Shown one piece after another: positions 42,322-51,136 of a stretch of DNA of 64,000 bases. The notes below the pieces were generated by a model that was not told where the DNA came from, ran no database searches, and worked only from the letters and a program-made list of their open reading frames with translations. The stretch spans positions 88,066 through 152,065 of the forward strand of contig WFUO01000061.1 of the NCBI GenBank assembly GCA_015484945.1, read 5' to 3'. A program made the position numbers and the translations under genes. How positions within the stretch are numbered: the stretch's first letter is position 1; each line of letters starts with the position of its first letter. This stretch comes from Gammaproteobacteria bacterium (GTDB taxonomy: Bacteria; Pseudomonadota; Gammaproteobacteria; WFUO01).

Positions 42322-44340
42322 GTGAGCGAGGTGCTGTTGCAACTGCAGGAGGTCGAGGCCTCGCTCAACAGTGCCGGTGGACGCGTGCGTGCCGTCGATC
42401 GGGTGAGTTTCACGATCCGTCGTGGCGAAACATTTGCCCTGCTGGGTGAATCGGGTTGCGGCAAGTCGATGACGGCCTTGACCATCATGGGCCTGCTGCC
42501 GCGTCCGGCCGGTCGTCTGACCGGCGGCAGGATCCTGCTCGATGGCGAAGATCTGGCCGGTTATTCCGAACAGCAGATGCGCCGGGTACGAGGCAACCGC
42601 ATCGCGATGATCTTCCAGGAACCGATGACCTCGCTCAACCCGGTGCTGAGCGTGGGCGCGCAGATTGGCGAAGTGCTGCGCGAGCACAAGGGCCTGCGCG
42701 GCACTGCCGCACAGGCGCGCATTGTCGAGCTGCTGGATGCCGTCGGTATCCCTGATCCCGAACGGCGCAGCCATGAGTACCCGCACCAGCTTTCCGGCGG
42801 CATGAAGCAGCGTGTCATGATCGCCATCGCCCTGGCCGGTGATCCCGACCTGCTGATCGCCGACGAGCCGACCACGGCGCTGGACGTGACCATTCAGGCC
42901 CAGGTTCTGGACCTGATGAAGGACATCCAGGCGAAAACCGGCATGGCCATCATGCTCATCACCCACGACCTGGGTATCGTTGCCGACATGGCCGACCATG
43001 TCGCGGTCATGTACGCCGGCCAGATCGTCGAGCGGCGTGCACGCGATGATTTCTATGCCCGGCCGCTGCATCCATACAGTCAGAAGCTGTTTCGCGCCCT
43101 GCCTTCACTGGACAAGCGGCAGGGCACGCTGGAAGTGATTCCGGGTAATGTGCCGCCGCTCACCATGCGTTTCGATCATTGCCGGTTTGCCGAGCGCTGT
43201 GACCAGGCGCGTGACGACTGTCGGGTTCGCGAACCGGCATGGGTGACCCTGGAAGCTGACGAGGGTGTGCGCTGTGTGCTGTACGATCGTCGCTCTGGGC
43301 TTGCTGCTCCGGCGGATCAGGGGACGCAGCCGGATATTGTAAAACAGCCGGCGGCATTGTCCGAACCCGGTCCCGGTCTGCTGCGGGTCGAGGATCTGCG
43401 TGTGCATTTTCCCATTCTCCGTGGTGTGCTCAGGCGCCAGGTTGGCGCCGTGCGCGCCGTCGATGGGGTGTCGCTGGAGATCCGCCGTGGTCAGACCCTG
43501 GCGCTGGTTGGCGAATCGGGGTGCGGCAAGACCACGGCCGGCAAGGGCATCCTGCAACTGTTGCGCCGGCATACCGGGGGCAGGGTGCTGTTCGATGGCA
43601 CCAACCTGTGTGATCTGAAGGAGTCGGCGCTGCGCAGTCTGCGCTCGCAGTTCCAGATCATCTTCCAGGATCCGTATTCGTCCATGAACCCGCGCATGCG
43701 CATCCGTGACATCATCGAGGAGGGAATGCTGGCCCAGGGTATCGGCGGCAACGCCCGCGAGCGTCAACAACGGGTCGATGAATTGATGCGCCAGGTGGGC
43801 CTGGCCCCGGAGATGAAGGACCGTTACCCGCACGAGTTTTCAGGCGGCCAGCGTCAGCGCATCTGTATCGCCCGTGCGCTGGCCGTGGAACCGCGCCTGA
43901 TCATCTGTGACGAGCCGACCAGCGCGCTGGATGTCTCGGTACAGGCGCAGATCCTCAACCTGCTGCGCCGCCTGCAGCAAGAGCTGGGCCTGGCCTATCT
44001 GTTCATCACCCATGACCTGTCGGTGGTTTCGTACCTGGCGCACGAGGTCGCGGTCATGTACCTGGGGCGTATCGTCGAACAGGGACCGGTCGAGGCAGTG
44101 TTGTCGCAACCCCGCCATCCCTACACCCGTGCGCTGTTGTCGGCGGTGCCGGAGCCCGATCCCGCGCGTCAACGCCCGGTGATCCGCCTGCAGGGCGATT
44201 TGCCATCGCCCAGCCACCCGCCACAGGGGTGTCATTTTCATCCCCGCTGTCCCGAGGTGATGGCGGTCTGCCGCGAGCAGTATCCGCCAGCGCAGCGGAA
44301 TGGGCACATGACCCGTTGTCATTTGTATTCAGCGGATTGA
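42322..44340 (+). CDS. fused double ABC ATPase (YejF / DppD-DppF-like)
   Basis: Two Walker A motifs ([18 protein letters not shown]) and two ABC signatures ([16 protein letters not shown]), each followed by a Cys-containing oligopeptide-type C-terminal segment. GTG start. Confidence 0.92.
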   Translation: MSEVLLQLQEVEASLNSAGGRVRAVDRVSFTIRRGETFALLGESGCGKSMTALTIMGLLPRPAGRLTGGRILLDGEDLAGYSEQQMRRVRGNRIAMIFQEPMTSLNPVLSVGAQIGEVLREHKGLRGTAAQARIVELLDAVGIPDPERRSHEYPHQLSGGMKQRVMIAIALAGDPDLLIADEPTTALDVTIQAQVLDLMKDIQAKTGMAIMLITHDLGIVADMADHVAVMYAGQIVERRARDDFYARPLHPYSQKLFRALPSLDKRQGTLEVIPGNVPPLTMRFDHCRFAERCDQARDDCRVREPAWVTLEADEGVRCVLYDRRSGLAAPADQGTQPDIVKQPAALSEPGPGLLRVEDLRVHFPILRGVLRRQVGAVRAVDGVSLEIRRGQTLALVGESGCGKTTAGKGILQLLRRHTGGRVLFDGTNLCDLKESALRSLRSQFQIIFQDPYSSMNPRMRIRDIIEEGMLAQGIGGNARERQQRVDELMRQVGLAPEMKDRYPHEFSGGQRQRICIARALAVEPRLIICDEPTSALDVSVQAQILNLLRRLQQELGLAYLFITHDLSVVSYLAHEVAVMYLGRIVEQGPVEAVLSQPRHPYTRALLSAVPEPDPARQRPVIRLQGDLPSPSHPPQGCHFHPRCPEVMAVCREQYPPAQRNGHMTRCHLYSAD

Positions 44341-44410
44341 GGCCGGTTTGTCCTATAACCTAGTGATTTGCTAATATATTGGACTCGATCCAATCCATAA
44401 CGGGGTTTTC

Positions 44411-45595
44411 ATGAATACAGCAGTCTTTCACCCACCGGTCCGCACGCTGATGGGGCCGGGTCCGTCCGATGTCAATCCGCGCATTCTCGAGGCCATGTCC
44501 CGGCCCACGATCGGTCATCTCGATCCGGTCTTTGTCGGCATGATGGACGAAGTCAAGGCCATGTTGCAGTATGCCTTCCAGACCACGAACAACCTGACGT
44601 TTCCGGTCTCGGCACCCGGTTCGGCCGGTATGGAGACCTGTTTCGTCAACCTCGTGGAACCCGGTGACAAGGTCATCGTGTGCCAGAACGGGGTTTTTGG
44701 CGGACGCATGAAGGAAAACGTGATCCGTTGTGGCGGCGAGGCCATCATGGTCGAGGACGAATGGGGCAAGGCCATCGACCTTGGTAAGGTCGAGCAGGCT
44801 CTCAAGGATCACCCGGATGCGAAGGTGCTGGCCTTCGTGCACGCCGAGACCTCCACCGGCGCCCAGTCAGACGCGGCAACCCTGTGTGCACTGGCGCGTG
44901 AGCATGACTGCCTGAGTATCGTGGATACCGTGACCTCGCTTGGCGGCACGCCGGTGAAGGTGGACGAATGGGGCGCCGATGCGGTCTATTCCGGCACCCA
45001 GAAATGCCTGAGCTGCGTGCCTGGCATCTCACCGGTCACGTTCAGTGAACGTGCCGAGGCCGCCATCAGGAACCGCAAGACGCCGGTACAGAGCTGGTTT
45101 CTGGATCTCAGCCTGGTCATGGGTTACTGGGGGCCAGGCGCCAAGCGCGCCTATCACCATACCGCGCCGATCAACACCCTCTATGCTCTGCACGAGGCGC
45201 TGGTGATCCTGCAGGAAGAAGGTCTGGAGAATGCCTGGGCGCGCCACCGCAGGAATCACGAGGCCCTGAAGGCCGGCATCGAGGCCATGGGCATGTCGTT
45301 TGTTGTCGATGAGGCCGACCGCTTGCCACAGCTCAACGCTGTGACCATACCGGAAGGTGTCGATGACGCCGAGGTGCGCACCCGTCTGCTGAACGACTAC
45401 GATCTCGAGATCGGGGCCGGGCTCGGTGCCCTGGCTGGCAAAATCTGGCGCATCGGCCTGATGGGTTTTGCCAGCAACGCGCGCAACGTGCTGTTCTGCC
45501 TGGGTGCGCTGGACAGCACCCTGACCAGTCTGGGCGCCAGAATCGAATCCGGTGCCGCGGTCGAGGCGGCGTGCAAGGTGCTCGATGCTTGTTAG
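44411..45595 (+). CDS. class V aminotransferase (alanine/serine--glyoxylate or serine--pyruvate type)
   Basis: LMGPGPSDVNPRILEAM N-terminus and PLP-lysine context YSGTQKCLS are typical of the AGXT/SgaA family. Confidence 0.85.
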   Translation: MNTAVFHPPVRTLMGPGPSDVNPRILEAMSRPTIGHLDPVFVGMMDEVKAMLQYAFQTTNNLTFPVSAPGSAGMETCFVNLVEPGDKVIVCQNGVFGGRMKENVIRCGGEAIMVEDEWGKAIDLGKVEQALKDHPDAKVLAFVHAETSTGAQSDAATLCALAREHDCLSIVDTVTSLGGTPVKVDEWGADAVYSGTQKCLSCVPGISPVTFSERAEAAIRNRKTPVQSWFLDLSLVMGYWGPGAKRAYHHTAPINTLYALHEALVILQEEGLENAWARHRRNHEALKAGIEAMGMSFVVDEADRLPQLNAVTIPEGVDDAEVRTRLLNDYDLEIGAGLGALAGKIWRIGLMGFASNARNVLFCLGALDSTLTSLGARIESGAAVEAACKVLDAC

Positions 45596-45760
45596 CAGTC
45601 TGTCGGACCCGGGAAGCATCTACTGCGCTGATGGGAACACGGAGCAAATCTTCCCGCTTTCTCGTTGCGTAGTCCCCACTATGCGCCTCGAGACCGGAAA
45701 GGTTTATCCTCGTGTTCCTGCCATGCTCGTGATGATCCCCTGAGTCCGACAGGCTGTTAG
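45592..45760. repeat. about 169-nt extragenic palindromic element (family 2, copy B)
   Basis: It aligns by eye along its whole length with 23496-23650. Termini are TTAGCAGTCTGTCGGAC / GTCCGACAGGCTGTTAG. The left end includes the TAG stop of the aminotransferase gene. Confidence 0.8.
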
Positions 45761-45825
45761 GTCATGACAGCCGCCGCCGCATGCCGTATCATGCAGCGGT
45801 TGATGTCATCGGAGAACCTTTATCC

Positions 45826-46449
45826 ATGGCCCCACAGATCGATGCCCTGGAGGCACTCAAGCGCCTGCGTGAAGGCAATGCCCGTTTTGTTGCCGGCCAG
45901 CGCGCGAACTTCCCCCTGTTTTCGGACGACAAGCGTGAGAAACTGTTGTCCGGACAACAACCGTTTGCGGTCATCCTGGGCTGTTCCGATTCCCGTGTTC
46001 CGGCCGAGATCGTCTTCGACCAGGGTCTCGGCGACCTGTTCGTGATCCGTGTGGCCGGCAATATCGTCGCGCCATCGCAGATTGGCAGCGTGGAGTTTGC
46101 CGTTTCACAGTTTGGCACCCGGCTGGTCGTGGTGCTGGGCCATTCCCGCTGCGGCGCCATTCTTGCCACCATTGACCAGTTGCGCCGGGGTGGCAGCAGT
46201 TCCTCGGCCAACATCAATGCCATCGTCGATCGCGTCAAGCCGTCGATCCAGGGCCTGATGGAGACCGATCTCGTCAACGATCAGGATGCCCTGGTGTGCT
46301 CGGCCATACGTGCCAATGTGCGTGCATCGGTTGCGCAGCTGCGGCATGGCTCGGCCATCATCGAACGGCATATCGCCGAGCACGGCTTGATGGTGGTCGG
46401 TGCCGAATACTCGCTCGAGACCGGTGAGGTCGAGTTCTTCGACGACTGA
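45826..46449 (+). CDS. can: beta-class carbonic anhydrase
   Basis: Zn-ligand motifs CSDSRV and HSRCGA are present. GGAGAA Shine-Dalgarno before the ATG at 45826. Confidence 0.9.
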   Translation: MAPQIDALEALKRLREGNARFVAGQRANFPLFSDDKREKLLSGQQPFAVILGCSDSRVPAEIVFDQGLGDLFVIRVAGNIVAPSQIGSVEFAVSQFGTRLVVVLGHSRCGAILATIDQLRRGGSSSSANINAIVDRVKPSIQGLMETDLVNDQDALVCSAIRANVRASVAQLRHGSAIIERHIAEHGLMVVGAEYSLETGEVEFFDD

Positions 46450-46570
46450 GGCCGGGCCTGTTCACACACCCTTGAAAAATACCTGACTGATCCCATAATG
46501 TATGGCGATCGCCACAGGGCGGTTTCCAGTAGCCCTTTTTACTTATCTTGTACATGACAGGAGCGTAAAA

Positions 46571-46768
46571 ATGACTGCAGAATCACTGACCCTGAAACCT
46601 CACAGCTATGACAAGCTCGGCGCCATTCACTGCGGCGTCCTCGAGGATTACACCGCCGTATGCGCTGGCGACCTGCACAAGCTCGATGACGGCGAATCCT
46701 GGACCTTCGAGCGTGCCAGGGTCACCGTCAGACGGGATGGCGAGGAGTTCGTCTTTACCCGGCAATAG
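46571..46768 (+). CDS. hypothetical small acidic protein (65 aa)
   Basis: AGGAG Shine-Dalgarno 8 nt before the ATG. No signal peptide and no recognisable family. Confidence 0.5.
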   Translation: MTAESLTLKPHSYDKLGAIHCGVLEDYTAVCAGDLHKLDDGESWTFERARVTVRRDGEEFVFTRQ

Positions 46769-46921
46769 CCGTTCTTTGCCGGCTGCTCCGATCAAAGGCC
46801 GTTACTGACCGGCATACCGCATGTTGGTCAGCAATGGCCCGTTCAGATTCTGTTCAGCTTCAGGTGTTAACATTCCAGCGAAATACTTTTAATAACAATA
46901 ATCTTTTTGTCTGGAGGTTAT

Positions 46922-47167
46922 ATGAAATACCTGATGGTTCTCTTGCCACTGATATTGTCTTTACCGGCCCTGGCCAAACAGGGGGCGGTTAAAGCTGGAA
47001 TGTGTGTCATCGTCTATTCGAACGACCATTTAGTTACAGGTGCATGCCATAACCCGCGTGTGACGTGTAACAGCGACAAGACCTGCACGATCCAGGGTTA
47101 TCGTGTCAAGGGACGGGTCAAAACCGGCCCGATGCCGCGCGGCCGGGGCGTCAAGGCCATTCGATGA
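46922..47167 (+). CDS. small secreted four-cysteine protein, paralog 1 (81 aa)
   Basis: GGAGG Shine-Dalgarno and signal peptide MKYLMVLLPLILSLPALA. Mature part has 4 Cys and a basic tail. It shares the motif CVI..C....V.CN....CT[IV].G with the next gene. Confidence 0.7.
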   Translation: MKYLMVLLPLILSLPALAKQGAVKAGMCVIVYSNDHLVTGACHNPRVTCNSDKTCTIQGYRVKGRVKTGPMPRGRGVKAIR

Positions 47168-47186
47168 ACCAATTCAGGAGAAGCGC

Positions 47187-47444
47187 ATGAAAACCATTCT
47201 GACGACATTATTCCTATCCATTGCCTTGACCGCCTCGATGGTTGCGACCGCCGCCCGTGGTACGGTACATGAGTACGGTGTTCGATGGTGTGTCATCGAT
47301 GACAACGGTATCAAGGATGCATATCGCTGTGACGCCGTTGGGGTCGATTGCAACATGAAAACCGGCGATTGCACCGTCAACGGACGTCGCGGGAAGGTGA
47401 GCAAGAAACCGGTTCGCAAAATGCCAGGACGCGCCATGCACTGA
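47187..47444 (+). CDS. small secreted four-cysteine protein, paralog 2 (85 aa)
   Basis: AGGAG Shine-Dalgarno and signal peptide MKTILTTLFLSIALTASMVATA. It has the same Cys spacing as paralog 1 and a basic tail. Confidence 0.7.
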   Translation: MKTILTTLFLSIALTASMVATAARGTVHEYGVRWCVIDDNGIKDAYRCDAVGVDCNMKTGDCTVNGRRGKVSKKPVRKMPGRAMH

Positions 47445-47611
47445 CGTGACAGTCTGCCCACTGTGTTCAATTGGTGTCACGGAAGACATCAAAAAATGTT
47501 GGTTTCCGGTTGTGACACAGATGGCTTGACGATTGACCTGCCGGTTAACCACTTTATACCTTTGGGTGCGTTAGACCCAATGGCACGAGTGGCCAGACAC
47601 AGGAGGGGGGT

Positions 47612-48520
47612 ATGATCAAGTCGAATCGAACCAACTATGACCTGGGCGTGGGAAATGCAAGATATTGCGTTTCATGCGGACTGATTGCCATTTTTCTGCT
47701 TCTGATTATGGTGGTGTTGCCTGTGTATGCGTCGGCAGGTGACAGCGCCCGGGTCTCGGCCCCGGGCGGGCGTATCATCCTGGCATACCATGGCGGCCGT
47801 GTTACCACGCCTCGATACCGTTCCAGTGGCTACCGGTCGATACGTACGTATCGAGGTGGTGGCCGCAGTTACCGCCCGCGAATCCGCTATCGGCGATCAC
47901 GTTCCGGTACCTATCGTTTGCGGGTTCGTCGGAGTCGTACCCGGGTCTATCGTTCACGCGTCCGGGTACGCCGGGCCAGGGCTTATCGTTCACGTGTCCG
48001 GACGCTTCGGGCCAGGCAGGCGCGCGTCCGGACGCTTCGGGCCAGGCAGGCGCGCGTCCGGACGCTTCGGGCCAGGCAGGCACGCGTCCGGGCGCTCCGG
48101 GCCAGGCAGGCGCGCATCCGGGCGCTCCGGGCCAGGCAGGCGCGCATCCGGGCGCTCCGGGTCAGGCAGGCGCGCATCCGGGCGCTCCGGGCCAGGCAGG
48201 CGCGCATCCGGGCGCTCCGGGCCAGGCAGGCGCGCATCCGGGCGCTCCGGGCCAGGCAGGCGCGCATCCGGGCGCTCCGGGCCAGGCAGCCACGGATCCG
48301 TGCTCGACGGGTCAGCTATAACAAACGTCCGATCTTTCTCACCGGCAAGGGTGCTGCCCGGCGAGGCGCGCGCAACCCGGCGATCAAAGCCATGCGCAAG
48401 AGTCGCCTGGCAGTGCGTGACAGCATGCGGAAGACACGCAGAAAGGTGCAAAAGGATATGGCTCGTCAGCGCAAGCGGTTCACAGGTATGAACAAGAATC
48501 CGCTGGTCAGGGGCAAGTAA
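47612..48520 (+). CDS. membrane-anchored/secreted arginine-rich tandem-repeat protein (302 aa)
   Basis: Strong Shine-Dalgarno AGGAGGGGGG. One hydrophobic helix (CGLIAIFLLLIMVVLPVYA), then an R/Y/S/G-rich region, then about ten RARQAR[IV]R[AT]L repeats and a Lys/Arg-rich tail. This frame has G/C at every third codon position of the repeat unit, unlike the two alternative frames. Confidence 0.75.
   Translation: MIKSNRTNYDLGVGNARYCVSCGLIAIFLLLIMVVLPVYASAGDSARVSAPGGRIILAYHGGRVTTPRYRSSGYRSIRTYRGGGRSYRPRIRYRRSRSGTYRLRVRRSRTRVYRSRVRVRRARAYRSRVRTLRARQARVRTLRARQARVRTLRARQARVRALRARQARIRALRARQARIRALRVRQARIRALRARQARIRALRARQARIRALRARQARIRALRARQPRIRARRVSYNKRPIFLTGKGAARRGARNPAIKAMRKSRLAVRDSMRKTRRKVQKDMARQRKRFTGMNKNPLVRGK
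47996..48295 (+). repeat. 30-bp tandem repeat, about 10 units, inside the CDS
   Basis: Unit GTCCGGACGCTTCGGGCCAGGCAGGCGCGC, with two sub-variants (GACGCTTCGG in units 1-3, GGCGCTCCGG in units 4-10) and very few other substitutions. Confidence 0.95.
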
Positions 48521-48540
48521 ATCGTGAAAAAGGCGTGTTA

Positions 48541-50172
48541 TCAGACACTGCCGGACTGGCGGGTGACATCGACATAGACGGTCAGGCGCTGGCCGGGCTG
48601 CAGATAGCGCCCACGGATGCGGTTCCAGCGCTTGAGCTGGCGTATGGTCACACGGAAGCGGCTGGCGATGCGCGCCAGTGAGTCGCCCCGCCGCACGGTG
48701 TAGTAGATGGCCTGACGGCGCTGCGCCAGGGGATTGCGTCCCAGTAATGCGGCGTGTCCGGGACGCGCTGGCCGCTTGCGCCAGATCACCAGTTTCTGCC
48801 CCGGCCGCAGGTGGTCGCGCGGTGCCATGCCGTTCCATTTCGCCAGCCGGCGTACCGATACCCGGTAGGTTCGCGACAGGTTCCAGAGATTGTCTCCCGG
48901 GCGCACTGTGTGCACATGACGATAGCCCTTGCCGCTGCGCTGCAGGCGCCGCAGGCGCTGTTCGGCGGCCAGGCTGTAGTGACGCAGATTTTTACGTGCA
49001 ACGGGAATGATCAGATGACGGCCGGCACGTATGGCGTGGCCACGAATGCGGTTGATGCGGCGGATGAGAGCGACACTGGTTCGGTAGCGCCGGGCAATGG
49101 CGATCAGCGATTCTCCAGGGCGGATGCGATGCCGCTTCCATTTCAGCCGTCGGCTGGCCGGCAGACGCGCGAAGCGTTCCCGGAAGCGTTTCGCATGTGT
49201 GACTGGCAGCAGCAGGTAGTGCGGTCCGGCAGGATCGGTGGCCCAACGGTTGAAACCCGGGTTGAGGCGGTAGATCTCGCGAATGTCGAGCCCTGCCAGT
49301 TCCGCCGCCAAAGCCAGATCGATCTGTGAGCCGGTCCTGACTTTCGCCAGGTACGGTGCGTCGATGATGGGCCGCAGGCGGATGCCGTATTTTTCGGGTG
49401 TGGCGACGATGTTGCTCAATGCCAGCAATTTGGGGACATAGCCACGGGTCTCCCGGGGCAGATACAGGTGCCAGAAATCGGTCTTGCGTCCCAGCCGGCG
49501 GTTGAAGCGGATGGCCCGGGCAACCGTGCCAGCGCCGGAATTGTACGCCGCCAGCGCCAGCAGCCAGTCCCCCTTGAAGCGCTTGTGCAGGCGTTGCAGA
49601 AGATCCAGCGCCGCGTGGGTCGAGGCGATTACGTCCCGACGGCCGTCATACCACCAGTTTTGCCTGAGACCGAAACGGCGGCCGGTGGACGGGATGAACT
49701 GCCAGATGCCGGCTGCCCGGCCATGGGAGTAGGCGAACGGTTGGAAGGCGCTTTCCACCGCCGGCAGCAGGGCGATCTCGGTGGGCATGCCACGGCGCCG
49801 GATTTCCTCGACGATCAGATGCAGAAACGGCTCGGCCCGTTGCATGACCCGTTCGATGTATTCCGGATGACGCGCGTACCAGCGCAGGTCATTGCGGATT
49901 CGGGGATGATCACGGTCCGGTAGCCGGAAACCGGCGCGTATGCGTTGCCAGATGGTCGGCGGGCGTGCCAGATTGCCGACAGGCCTGGCATCGGCGGGGA
50001 CGTGCACGCCCGCGGCGAGCGCGGCCGTCGTCATGGCCGGTGGCGGCGATGCCGACATCGCAGGAACCGTGTGCGTAACCGGATCGGTTCGCAGGCCAAC
50101 GGTATTGCAGCCATTCAACAGCAGGATGCCGGCAATGAGCCCAAGGATTCTCATTAGTGCTTGATTCATCAA
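48541..50172 (-). CDS. mltD: membrane-bound lytic murein transglycosylase D
   Basis: SLT domain (LPAVESAFQPFAYSHGRAAGIWQFIPSTG) followed by three LysM repeats (e.g. HRIRPGESLIAIARRY, HTVRPGDNLWNLSRTY, YTVRRGDSLARIASRF). Lipoprotein-like N-terminus LLNGC. Confidence 0.9.
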   Translation of the reverse strand: MMNQALMRILGLIAGILLLNGCNTVGLRTDPVTHTVPAMSASPPPAMTTAALAAGVHVPADARPVGNLARPPTIWQRIRAGFRLPDRDHPRIRNDLRWYARHPEYIERVMQRAEPFLHLIVEEIRRRGMPTEIALLPAVESAFQPFAYSHGRAAGIWQFIPSTGRRFGLRQNWWYDGRRDVIASTHAALDLLQRLHKRFKGDWLLALAAYNSGAGTVARAIRFNRRLGRKTDFWHLYLPRETRGYVPKLLALSNIVATPEKYGIRLRPIIDAPYLAKVRTGSQIDLALAAELAGLDIREIYRLNPGFNRWATDPAGPHYLLLPVTHAKRFRERFARLPASRRLKWKRHRIRPGESLIAIARRYRTSVALIRRINRIRGHAIRAGRHLIIPVARKNLRHYSLAAEQRLRRLQRSGKGYRHVHTVRPGDNLWNLSRTYRVSVRRLAKWNGMAPRDHLRPGQKLVIWRKRPARPGHAALLGRNPLAQRRQAIYYTVRRGDSLARIASRFRVTIRQLKRWNRIRGRYLQPGQRLTVYVDVTRQSGSV

Positions 50173-50365
50173 TTGATTTTTTCTTGATACTAACCCACTG
50201 TTTTTACCGTGTACAGGGCGGGCACCTGACGCCGGTCACATTTGCGCGGATCCATGCGCCTGGATGAGACGGCAAGGCCCTTGTCGCCAGGTTGCCTGCC
50301 ACCGTTGCCGGCGCTGTGTTAGAGTCGTGATGGGCGTGAGACACGACACGATCTGGCGAAAGATC

Positions 50366-51136
50366 ATGAGACAGCGAATGAAACAGGACAATGGCCAGGC
50401 ATGCCGGGATATCAACGCCCGCCTGCGCGAGTGGTATGCGCGTCCTCTGGGCCGTGCCGTGGCCAGTGCCGAGCGTGAGGCGCTGGCGCGGCTGTTGCCA
50501 ACATTGTTCGGGTATTACCTGTTGCAGGTCGGGGATACGGGGGATGATTGGCTTACCGACAGCCGCATCCTGCATCATGTGGTCATGTCGCATGGTCTCG
50601 ACCAATCCGCAGGCGGGGTGTTGCAGGGGTTGCCCATGGCCCTGCCGGTACGCAGTGACAGCCTTGATGCCGTGCTGCTGTTGCATACCCTGGAATTCGC
50701 CGGGGACCCGCACCAGGTGTTGCGTGAGGTCGATCGAGTGCTGGTGCCGGAAGGACATCTCATTGTGCTCGGTTTCAATCCGTACAGTTTCTGGGGTTTG
50801 CGTCGTATCCTGGGACGCCGGCGAGGACAGGTGCCCTGGGGTGGACGTTTCATCGGCTGCAACCGTTTGCGTGACTGGCTCAAGCTGCTGGGGTTCGAGT
50901 TGGTGAAACATCAGAAACTGTTTTATCGTCCACCGGTGGCCAGCGATCGCCTGGGCCGGCGGCTGTCGTTCGTGGCAAGGTTTTGCGAACGCTGGTGTCC
51001 GGTTCTCGGGGGTGTCTATCTGGTCGTGGCACGCAAGAAAGTCTCGACCCTGACACCGGTCAGACCGCGGTGGCGGCCCAGGCGCAGCCTGTCCGCCGGT
51101 CTGGCCAATGGCAGTACGAGGAATGTGCATGAGTGA
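50366..51136 (+). CDS. class I SAM-dependent methyltransferase (YafS-like)
   Basis: The position mltD / methyltransferase-rnhA-dnaQ mirrors the E. coli neighbourhood (mltD, gloB, yafS, rnhA, dnaQ); no gloB is present here. Motif [35 protein letters not shown] is present. The start is uncertain (50264/50330/50366/50378). Confidence 0.75.
   Translation: MRQRMKQDNGQACRDINARLREWYARPLGRAVASAEREALARLLPTLFGYYLLQVGDTGDDWLTDSRILHHVVMSHGLDQSAGGVLQGLPMALPVRSDSLDAVLLLHTLEFAGDPHQVLREVDRVLVPEGHLIVLGFNPYSFWGLRRILGRRRGQVPWGGRFIGCNRLRDWLKLLGFELVKHQKLFYRPPVASDRLGRRLSFVARFCERWCPVLGGVYLVVARKKVSTLTPVRPRWRPRRSLSAGLANGSTRNVHE

Noticed and set aside
47996-48295. Possible CRISPR array, given the regular 30-bp periodicity.
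   Set aside because: The units are directly adjacent with no spacers, they lie in frame inside a CDS, and no cas genes are present.
47727-48838. Alternative-frame and minus-strand ORFs across the 30-bp repeat (47727-48491 +, 47990-48838 -, 47983-48267 -).
   Set aside because: They are open only because the repeat lacks stops in all frames. They lack a Shine-Dalgarno sequence. The 47612 frame has the strong Shine-Dalgarno, an N-terminal hydrophobic helix and the best third-position GC pattern.
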